A stretch of DNA of 32,582 bases from the NCBI GenBank assembly GCA_034722055.1, contig JAYENL010000262.1:1-32582 (forward strand), in the 5' to 3' direction. Positions within the stretch are counted from its first letter, which is position 1. Each line of letters begins with the position of its first letter. The notes under the pieces were generated by a model. The model saw only the letters and a program-made list of their open reading frames with translations, ran no database searches and was not told where the DNA came from. The position numbers and the translations under genes are program-made. Positions 26,004-32,582 of this stretch are shown one piece after another. Origin of the DNA: Armatimonadota bacterium (GTDB lineage Bacteria > Armatimonadota > Zipacnadia > Zipacnadales > UBA5352).

Positions 26004-27047
26004 TCAGCGTATCTCAACCGGCGCGCCGGTGCGGTCGGACTCGAAGACCGCGTCCACGACCTCCAGCACGCGCACGCCGTCCTGGCCCGAGACCGACGGC
26101 TCGCGGCCCTCCCGGATGGCCTCGATGAACTCCAGAATCTCCGCGGCCCAGGAGCGGACGTACTTGAAGCCGCTCAGCCGCGCGCCGGCATCCCGCGGCC
26201 ACTGCGGATGGTTGGCCGTGGCCGGCACCTCGATTTGCGTGGGCGTGCGGTAGGCCTCGATGGCCTGACTCTCCACGCAGACCTCCGGGCGCTCCCACAC
26301 CGTGCGCAGCCGCCCGGCCGAGCCGATGACGTCACACCAGCCGTAGCGGCCCCCCATGCGCTGGGACGTCACGACCTGACCGGAGAAGCCGCCGGCGAAG
26401 CGCAGCGTGATGGAGGCGTCGAGCTCCACGCCTGCGTCCTCCGCCCAGTGGACCTCGGCGTAGACGCGCTCCACCGGCGAGCCGGCCATCCACAGCACGA
26501 AGTCCAGCGCGTGGGTGCCGACGTAGTAGAGCGGGCCGCCGCCGCGCTCGCGATCGCTCAGCCACCCGCCCATCCGGCCGATGAGCTGCCCGCCGAGCAC
26601 ATGCGTGACCTCCCCCACCGCGCCCTCATCCAGCAGCCGCCTCATCTCCAGTCGCTCAGGCAAAAAGCGCAGCGTGTACCCCACCATCAGCCGCACGTCC
26701 TGCTCCCGCGCGGCGTCCACCAGCTCCTGGCCGGCCGCCGCGGTCAGGGCCATGGGCTTCTCGACCAGCACGTGCCTGCCCGTCCGCAGCACCTGCAGCG
26801 CCAGCGGCTGAAGCTGGTCGTGGGTAACGGCCACGATCGCAGCGTCGATCGACGCCTCGTCCAGCATCTCGGCGGCGTTACCGTACCAGTCCTCGAAGCC
26901 CAGAAGCTCCGCGGCCTCCTCGGCCGCCTCGGGCCGGATGTCGGCGCAGGCCACCAGCCTGGCCTCACCGGTGATCCTCGCCGCCTCCGCCAGGTAGCGG
27001 CCCTGCCCTCCGCAGCCGATGAGGCCGATCCGCATCGGTTCGGACAT
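26004..27047 (-). CDS. Gfo/Idh/MocA-family NAD(P)-dependent oxidoreductase (347 aa)
   Basis: ATG 27047 after GGGAG. RIGLIGCGGQG Rossmann motif, HVLVEKPMA, LMVGYTLRF, GGGPLYYVGTHALD. The track ORF's extra 100 aa run through repeat DNA. Confidence 0.92.
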   Translation of the reverse strand: MSEPMRIGLIGCGGQGRYLAEAARITGEARLVACADIRPEAAEEAAELLGFEDWYGNAAEMLDEASIDAAIVAVTHDQLQPLALQVLRTGRHVLVEKPMALTAAAGQELVDAAREQDVRLMVGYTLRFLPERLEMRRLLDEGAVGEVTHVLGGQLIGRMGGWLSDRERGGGPLYYVGTHALDFVLWMAGSPVERVYAEVHWAEDAGVELDASITLRFAGGFSGQVVTSQRMGGRYGWCDVIGSAGRLRTVWERPEVCVESQAIEAYRTPTQIEVPATANHPQWPRDAGARLSGFKYVRSWAAEILEFIEAIREGREPSVSGQDGVRVLEVVDAVFESDRTGAPVEIR

Positions 27048-27091
27048 GCCAATCGCTCCCGTCAGGATTCGCGTTCGCAACGACGTGCGCA

Positions 27092-27608
27092 GGCAACGGC
27101 GGGCCGGACAGTGGTCCGGCCCCTCCATGACTGCTCGGGGCGCTGCCTCTGCCGTACGGAGCGGCGGGCAGCCTTGCCCGCCGGCCGTTTGCCGTCGCCG
27201 TCTCCCCCTCTCCCGCCTGCGGCGAAGGCGCCAGGGAGAGGGGATGTCCGAACCATCGGTTCGGGCAGGGGGAGAGGCAAGCCGCCGTGCGCGCCTCCCC
27301 CCGACCCGAGCTTCGCTCGGCCCACCCCCCTCCCTGGCGCCACACACGACGTGGCGCAGGCGGGAGGGGGCACCACGGCGAACGGCGCCGTTGCCCAGCC
27401 GTCTGGAGGGGCCGGCCTCCGTTCCGGCCCGGTCTTTGTCATGGGCTCCATCCTTCGCGTAGGTCGGGCTTCCAGCCCGACAACGAGAAACGGCGCACGG
27501 ACAGGAGTGTCCGTGCCACGGAACGCCGGCGTTGGTCGTGCCGTTTGGAGGGGCGCGACTACGCTCGCGCCCGGCCGTTTGCCGTCGCCGTCTCCCCCTC
27601 TCCCGCCT
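27092..27608. repeat. Dense cluster of REP-like palindromes of several classes
   Basis: GGAG plus 22-nt hairpins at 27101-27126 (-), 27158-27183 (+), 27405-27430 (+) and 27547-27572 (+). GTAG-GTCGGGC-TTCCA-GCCCGAC at 27459-27481 faces GTGG-CACGGACA-CTCC-TGTCCGTG at 27496-27519 (-). Exact 38-bp direct repeat at 27181-27218 and 27571-27608. Inverted pair of ccccctctccc...gggagagggg-type units at about 27204-27243 and 27326-27370. Confidence 0.88.
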
Positions 27609-27642
27609 CCGTGCTCGCCTGCCTCATCCGGCCCCGCCTGGC

Positions 27643-28593
27643 TCACTGCATACTGCCCAGGATTCCGGAGATCTCCTGCAGCCACACGTTGAACTCGGCG
27701 GCGTGGTCGATGTAGATGAGCGGCACGTCCGGCTCATCCTCATCGCGCCAGCCGCCCCCCGCGTCCTGCGTAGCCAGCAGGAACTCGCCGAAGGCGATGG
27801 CTCCCTCCCGGGCGCGCGTGTCGCTGGTGTTGAGGTAGTGGATGGCCGCGGCCAGTGAGCCCTTCCCGCTGCCCACGTACGTGAACCGGTCCTCGCCGCA
27901 CCTGAGGTACCACTCAAAGAAGCGGTTGGCGTGCTCCAGCCATGATCTGTCGCCCGTCGCCTGATACAGCCGCCCCATCAGCATCCACGGCAACGCGATC
28001 TCCCAGTAGGGCTGCTTGAGCTCCCCGAGGTCGATGTACTGGGCGTTCTCGTGGATCTCCTCGGTGGCGAGCCGCCCGTCGAGGGTGCTGCAGAAGTAGA
28101 ACCTTCCCGGATCAGGCTGGTCCAGGAGGCCGATGCACCACTCGGCCGCCCGCTCGGCCACATCCATGCGGCCGAAGTACAGCGCCGAGACGCCGGTCCA
28201 GGCCGTGGAGAGGGCCCGGAGGGTCTCGTCGGCGGCGAAGTGCGGGAGGCCGCCGCAGCCCTTCTGCTGGGCCATCAACCAGCCCATCACCGGGTGCGAG
28301 AGATCGAAGCGGCCCAGGCGGTGGCAGCCCTGGAAGAACCACGACTGCTTGTAGACGTCCCCGGTGTAGTCGTGGAGGCTCCCGTCCTCCTGCAGCGTGT
28401 TGTCCCGGATCCAGTTCAGGAGCCTGTGGGCCTGCGGCAGGCAGCCGGAGATCCCCCACGAGTAGGGCTGCTTGTGGTAGGCGTCGCGGATCTCGTCGTC
28501 CCAGATGAAGGAGCCGTCCGGCTGCTGATACTCAAGCTGGAATCTGACCGCTCGCTCCCCCGACTCACGGAATGCCTTCAGCCGATCATCCAT
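27643..28593 (-). CDS. Hypothetical (alpha/alpha)6-barrel protein with prenyltransferase/squalene-cyclase-like QW repeats (316 aa)
   Basis: ATG 28593 after AGGAGG. Repeats YQQPDGSF, TLQEDGSL, QQKGCGGL, TQDAGGGW, and RLYQATGDRSWLEHA typical of six-hairpin proteins. Confidence 0.75.
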   Translation of the reverse strand: MDDRLKAFRESGERAVRFQLEYQQPDGSFIWDDEIRDAYHKQPYSWGISGCLPQAHRLLNWIRDNTLQEDGSLHDYTGDVYKQSWFFQGCHRLGRFDLSHPVMGWLMAQQKGCGGLPHFAADETLRALSTAWTGVSALYFGRMDVAERAAEWCIGLLDQPDPGRFYFCSTLDGRLATEEIHENAQYIDLGELKQPYWEIALPWMLMGRLYQATGDRSWLEHANRFFEWYLRCGEDRFTYVGSGKGSLAAAIHYLNTSDTRAREGAIAFGEFLLATQDAGGGWRDEDEPDVPLIYIDHAAEFNVWLQEISGILGSMQ

Positions 28594-28620
28594 GGTCACT
28601 TCCTCCTGTGGCGAGATGCG

Positions 28621-29859
28621 TCACTGCGCAATCGGGTACTGACCGACCTCTCGCGCCGTGGTGTAGGCCGCGATGATGTTCTCTGGCGGCGTGTTGGGCT
28701 GGATGTTGTGGTCGGGGCAGAACACGAAACCCCCACCGGCGCCGAAGATTCGCACGCGCTCGGCCACCTCCCGGCGGACCTCATCAGGGGTGCCGAACTG
28801 CAGCGTCCCCTGCGTCTCAACACCTCCGCCCCAGAAGCACACCTGCCCTCCCACGCGCCGCTTCAGCGACGCCGGGTCCATCCCCGCCGCGGTGGTCTGG
28901 ATCGGGTTGAGCACATCCAGCCCCGCATCGGCGATGTCCTCCACGATCCTGGCGATGCTGCCGCAGGAGTGCTCAAAGCATGCCCACGTGGTGTTCTCAT
29001 GGATCCAATCGTAGTGGGCCTTCAGCGCCGGCAGGTAGACCTCACGGAAGGTCTCCGGCGAGAACAGCTCGGCGCGCTGGCTGCCGAAGTCCAGGCCGGT
29101 GATGAAGATCAGATCCGCGTTCTCGCCCACCACCTCCCAGAGCCTCTCCAGGTTGCCGAGAGCCACCTCCACGCAGACCCCGAAGAGGTCCCTGACGTAG
29201 GCGGGGTCCTCGGCCAGCAGGCAGAGAAACTCCGTCAGCCGCCCCACGTAGTGCATGCCCAGCCCGCCCCAGGGGTTGAGCATGAGGGCCTTGTCGGTGG
29301 TGCGCCGCAGCTTTTCAGCGCGGGAGCCCAGGTACTCCAGCCGCTGGGGCGTGAGGTGCCAGTGCTTGGACGCCTCGCGGATGCGCTCCAGCGGTGGGGG
29401 AGTGAAGTCCGGGTCCCATGCGCCGTAGTCAATGGTGTCGAAGTAGAAGCCGTCAGCCGGCATGTGCATCGTCGCCCGGCGGTTCTCTCCTGCCCCGTTG
29501 AACAGCAGCCAGCCGCCCTTCTCGTCCTGCTCGACGTCGAACTCCTCCGGCACCAGGATCTCGATGCCAAACAGCTTCCAGATGCGGTGGCGGTCGCTGC
29601 GCGCCGCCACTCGCAGGTTCAGCGGCTCGACGGGCAGCACGTCCAGCTCCAGCGCCTCCACCACGTCCATCTCCACCTCGCCGAGCATCTGCACGGCGTC
29701 GTGGAGCCTGATCGGCCGATCCTCCAGGCCCAGCTCCCGCCGCAGGTGCGCCAGCGCCTGAGCGTGGATGCTGGTGACGAAGCTGCCGCCCAGGTCCAGC
29801 GGCACTCGATCCGGCTCGCGGTGCTCGATGGCCGCGATGACGCGCTCCCGGCTGGTCAT
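28621..29859 (-). CDS. Uroporphyrinogen decarboxylase (URO-D/MtaA-CmuA) family protein, second paralogue (412 aa)
   Basis: MTSRERVIAAIEHREPDRVPLDLGG, DFGSQRAELFSPE, FEHSCGSI, GLDVLNPIQT, FWGGGVETQGTL, GGGFVFCPDHNIQ. GGAGG RBS. Confidence 0.88.
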   Translation of the reverse strand: MTSRERVIAAIEHREPDRVPLDLGGSFVTSIHAQALAHLRRELGLEDRPIRLHDAVQMLGEVEMDVVEALELDVLPVEPLNLRVAARSDRHRIWKLFGIEILVPEEFDVEQDEKGGWLLFNGAGENRRATMHMPADGFYFDTIDYGAWDPDFTPPPLERIREASKHWHLTPQRLEYLGSRAEKLRRTTDKALMLNPWGGLGMHYVGRLTEFLCLLAEDPAYVRDLFGVCVEVALGNLERLWEVVGENADLIFITGLDFGSQRAELFSPETFREVYLPALKAHYDWIHENTTWACFEHSCGSIARIVEDIADAGLDVLNPIQTTAAGMDPASLKRRVGGQVCFWGGGVETQGTLQFGTPDEVRREVAERVRIFGAGGGFVFCPDHNIQPNTPPENIIAAYTTAREVGQYPIAQ

Positions 29860-29961
29860 CAGCGCCTCCGGTGCGTGATGAGGAGCGTGGTCCCGCTGCT
29901 GCGGGCGGAACCTTTGCCCGAGCAGACATCATTACCTCCCTCTGCCGGCAAAATGCTGCCG

Positions 29962-30211
29962 GGCAACGGCGGGCCGGACAGTGGTCCGGTCCCTCCACAC
30001 GGCAAGAGGCCTCGCGTCCCCCGCTGTAGGGCGCGGACCTGTGCCGCGCCCGCCGTTGCCCGTGTTGGGCCGGCCTCCTCCGGGTGCTCCGCACCCGTCG
30101 TCGTGCGGCCCCTCCCCGACGCCGTTTGTCGTGCCGTTTGGAGGGGCCGGTCTCCGTCCCGGCCCGGCCGTGGTCTATGTCGTACGGAGCGGCGGGGTGC
30201 CCAGCCCGCCA
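29962..30211. repeat. REP-like cluster in a divergent intergenic region
   Basis: 29962-29997 is 35/36 identical to 27092-27127. Hairpin units at 29971-29996 (-), 30026-30051 (+, GTAG head), 30067-30115 (-, with internal hairpin), 30140-30165 (+) and 30186-30211 (+). Confidence 0.85.
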
Positions 30212-30350
30212 GCCGTTTCTGTTTGTCGTTGCCCTTGCACGGCGCCGACCTGTGCCGCGGCAGTTGTCGCCAGCGCAGGCAGGTCCCTCCCGCGTGCGCG
30301 GCCAACATATCCCCTGCAGTCCAATCGCCCGCGGAAGGTGGTGCTGGGCC

Positions 30351-31292
30351 ATGCGCCGGATACTCGCCGGGGCTGTCACTCTCGTAACCGTCATCGTTAT
30401 CACCGCCGCTGTTTGCGGAGCCCAAGACGCCGCAGCGCGGCGCATGCACCTGGTGCGTGGCGAGCCGTCAGTGGAGGCGCTCGCCGAGGCCCTGCGCGAC
30501 CCCGACGTGGTGGTCGCACGGACCGCGGCTCGCCTGCTGCCTTCACGCGGCGAGGAGGCAGTGCCCGCGGTGGGCCGCGCCCTGCGGCACCGCGACATGC
30601 TGGTGCGCCGGAGCGCGGCCATGAACCTGGGTGCCCTGGGCGCCGCGGGCCTGGAGCTGGTCGAGCGCGCCCTGCACGACGACCACGAGCTTGTGCGCCA
30701 GGCGGCGCTCTTCGCGCTCATCGAGCTGCCCCACAGCGCGGAGGCGGCGGCGCTGATCGAGCGCGCGGGCGAGGACGACAGCCCCCTCGTGCAGCGGACC
30801 GCCATCATGGCGACCCGCGCGGCCTACCGCACCGCTGAGAGCATCCAGCTTCCGGCCGAGGGCTGGCGCATCAGGAAGGACCCCGATGATGTCGGCCGCG
30901 AGCAGGAGTGGTTCGCGGAGGCTCACGACGACAGCGGCTGGGACGAGATCGCCATCGAGCAGTTCTGGGGCGACGCCCACGAGGACTACGCGGAGTACAC
31001 CGGCGTGGCGTGGTACCGCACCACCCTCGAGCTTCCGGACCGGGAGCCGCCCGTGCGGGCGCAGCTTGACTTCCAGTCCGTCGATGAGTCCGCCTGGGTG
31101 TGGGTCAACGGGCAGTACGCTGGCGAGCATGACCTGGGCAAGGCCGGCTGGAACAAGCCCTTCCGTATCGACGTGACGGGGATGCTCAACTGGGGCGGGG
31201 AGAATCAGCTCACCGTCCGGGTCCTCAACCAGGCCATGGCCGGCGGCATCTACAAGCCGGTGCGCGTTGTGATGCTGGAGCCGGCGCAGTGA
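30351..31292 (+). CDS. Secreted protein: HEAT repeats plus a GH2 N-terminal (galactose-binding-like) domain, 313 aa
   Basis: Signal peptide MRRILAGAVTLVTVIVITAAVCGA. Four HEAT-like repeats (ALRDPDVVVARTAARLL, ALRHRDMLVRRSAAMNLG, ALHDDHELVRQAALFAL, GEDDSPLVQRTA). YTGVAWYRTT, VDESAWVWVNG, PFRIDVT, ENQLTVRV, GGIYKPV. Confidence 0.85.
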   Translation: MRRILAGAVTLVTVIVITAAVCGAQDAAARRMHLVRGEPSVEALAEALRDPDVVVARTAARLLPSRGEEAVPAVGRALRHRDMLVRRSAAMNLGALGAAGLELVERALHDDHELVRQAALFALIELPHSAEAAALIERAGEDDSPLVQRTAIMATRAAYRTAESIQLPAEGWRIRKDPDDVGREQEWFAEAHDDSGWDEIAIEQFWGDAHEDYAEYTGVAWYRTTLELPDREPPVRAQLDFQSVDESAWVWVNGQYAGEHDLGKAGWNKPFRIDVTGMLNWGGENQLTVRVLNQAMAGGIYKPVRVVMLEPAQ

Positions 31293-31365
31293 CCGTGACC
31301 GCGCGGCGCCGGGACTCGATGCATTCGCGCTACTCAGACAGGGCCAATCAACAGGAGTGATCGCG

Positions 31366-32582
31366 TTGCGCATCATGCTGGCGACGCTTGCGTTGCTTTC
31401 GGCGCTGACTATGGCGGCGGCGCAGGAGGAGGCCCCTCACGTGCAACTTGCCGAGCCTTTCAGGAGCGAGTACTCCGGGGAGGACGCCACCGGCGAGCAC
31501 GTCATCGGCCTGTGGCAGTTCAACCAGCCGGAGCCGGCCGCCGACGCCTCCGGCAACGGCCATGAGCTGGAGCTGCGCGGGGGCGAGTTCGTCGATGGGG
31601 GACGCTTCGGCCGGGCGCTGCGATCGCAGCGCGGCTGGCCGGAGGTGGATGAGCCGCACAAGGCCATCGCGCAGAACAGCCCCGACCTCAGCCCCGACGG
31701 GGCCTTCACCGTCGAGATGTGGATCCAGCCGGCGGAGGAGCTGCGCGAGTACCCCGACGCCTTCCTGCTGGACAAGAGGTACATCGATGACACCGACTAC
31801 CAGCTCATCCTCAGGCGCGAGGTGAGTCCCGACGAGCGGCAGCTTCACATGCACCTGGGCTTTGGCGATGAGACGCAGACGTGGGCGTCGGAGACCTTCA
31901 ACGTTGAGCCCGGCGTGTGGCGGCACATCGCGTTCGTCTACGACGGCGCCGGCACCGGCACGTTCTACGTGGACGGCTCGGTGAGGGGCACTGAGACCAA
32001 GACCGGCTACGGTCGAATCGCGCCGGGCCGCAGAGACCTGCACATCGGCGACCGCGTTGGCAGCTACTACCACGGCTTCCCGGGGCTGATCGACCAGGTC
32101 CGCATCTGCCGGGGGGCGCTGGAGTTCAGCCCGGCGCGCTTCGAGCTGCTCTCGCACCGGCGCGTGTTCGTCCGCATGGAGGCCGCCGAGCCGCTGCGGT
32201 TCGCGCTGACGAACCTGCAGCGCGAGACGTTGGCGGGCGCGACGGCGCGGCTGTGGCTCTTCGGCGTGGGCGGCGTGACGCTGGAGCTGCCGGAGATCGC
32301 CTCCGGCGAGCGGCACACGATGGACTTCGAGCTGGACACGTCGCTGCGCCCCGACGACTACCGCCTCCGCGCGACCGTGGAGATCCCCGCCGACCCGCCA
32401 TTCAGCTCCACCGAGCAGTTCGATCTGACCATCGTGCCCCGCGAGCTGCCGGGCGAGATGCCGGTGGTCATGTGGGGCGGGGCGGGCGAGAATCTGCAGT
32501 GGCTCAAGGATATCGGCTTCACGCACTACATCGGCCTGGGCTGCGACTTCGGGAAGATCTGGGAGGCCGAGGGGCCGACCCT
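31366..32582 (+). CDS. Secreted LamG-like jellyroll (concanavalin A-like) domain protein, 5' part; continues beyond the right edge
   Basis: Not in the ORF track. TTG 31366 after AGGAG gives MRIMLATLALLSALTMAAAQ, then VIGLWQFN..AADASGNGHEL, GRFGRAL, FTVEMWI, WRHIAFVYDG, FYVDG and FPGLIDQVRI. Confidence 0.85.
   Translation, partial: MRIMLATLALLSALTMAAAQEEAPHVQLAEPFRSEYSGEDATGEHVIGLWQFNQPEPAADASGNGHELELRGGEFVDGGRFGRALRSQRGWPEVDEPHKAIAQNSPDLSPDGAFTVEMWIQPAEELREYPDAFLLDKRYIDDTDYQLILRREVSPDERQLHMHLGFGDETQTWASETFNVEPGVWRHIAFVYDGAGTGTFYVDGSVRGTETKTGYGRIAPGRRDLHIGDRVGSYYHGFPGLIDQVRICRGALEFSPARFELLSHRRVFVRMEAAEPLRFALTNLQRETLAGATARLWLFGVGGVTLELPEIASGERHTMDFELDTSLRPDDYRLRATVEIPADPPFSSTEQFDLTIVPRELPGEMPVVMWGGAGENLQWLKDIGFTHYIGLGCDFGKIWEAEGPT

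Noticed and set aside
27037..27254. 11-bp inverted match between the oxidoreductase start (ggttcggacat) and 27244-27254 as an invertible switch
   Set aside because: The match is short, no recombinase is nearby, and the second copy is part of a local hairpin, so chance is likely.
24075..27692. 1205-aa plus-strand ORF (also 28051-30387, 14602-16242, 20759-22654 and 22428-23879)
   Set aside because: These are antisense to motif-bearing genes and run through repeat DNA, with no recognisable domains.
27643..28593. Squalene-hopene cyclase or lanthipeptide cyclase
   Set aside because: It has only one barrel's length, no DxDD motif, no LanC Cys/His zinc motifs and no precursor peptide nearby.

Overview
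High-GC (visually about 70%) bacterial chromosomal window with about 21 supportable coding regions, mostly on the minus strand. The left end (1-4850) holds the 5' half of a fused Type IIG/ISP-like restriction-modification gene, which the ORF track misses because it runs off the window. It also holds a URO-D-family gene, an orphan restriction-endonuclease-like gene, a flavodoxin-like gene and a vapBC-type toxin-antitoxin pair. The rest is a glycan/sugar-catabolism neighbourhood. Its large secreted proteins are two heparinase II/III-like lyase candidates, a GH123/DUF4091-like protein, a GHL10 glycoside hydrolase-like protein, a HEAT plus GH2-N protein and a LamG protein. Its cytoplasmic enzymes are a DegT aminotransferase, a Thr-type sulfatase-like hydrolase, a double amidohydrolase, an M14 peptidase-like protein, a Gfo/Idh/MocA oxidoreductase, an (alpha/alpha)6-barrel protein and a second URO-D. 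This gene repertoire is reminiscent of Armatimonadota or Planctomycetota (inference only). Two gene remnants are visible: a ligD primase-polymerase 3' fragment and a signal-peptide-only ORF. The most striking unexplained structure is a family of REP-like palindromes filling five intergenic regions: a GGAG/GTAG/GTGG head followed by a hairpin of nearly fixed length whose stem sequence covaries between copies. No cognate RAYT transposase lies in the window. No rRNA, tRNA, CRISPR array or transposase was recognised. All calls come from reading motifs by eye, without database searches.
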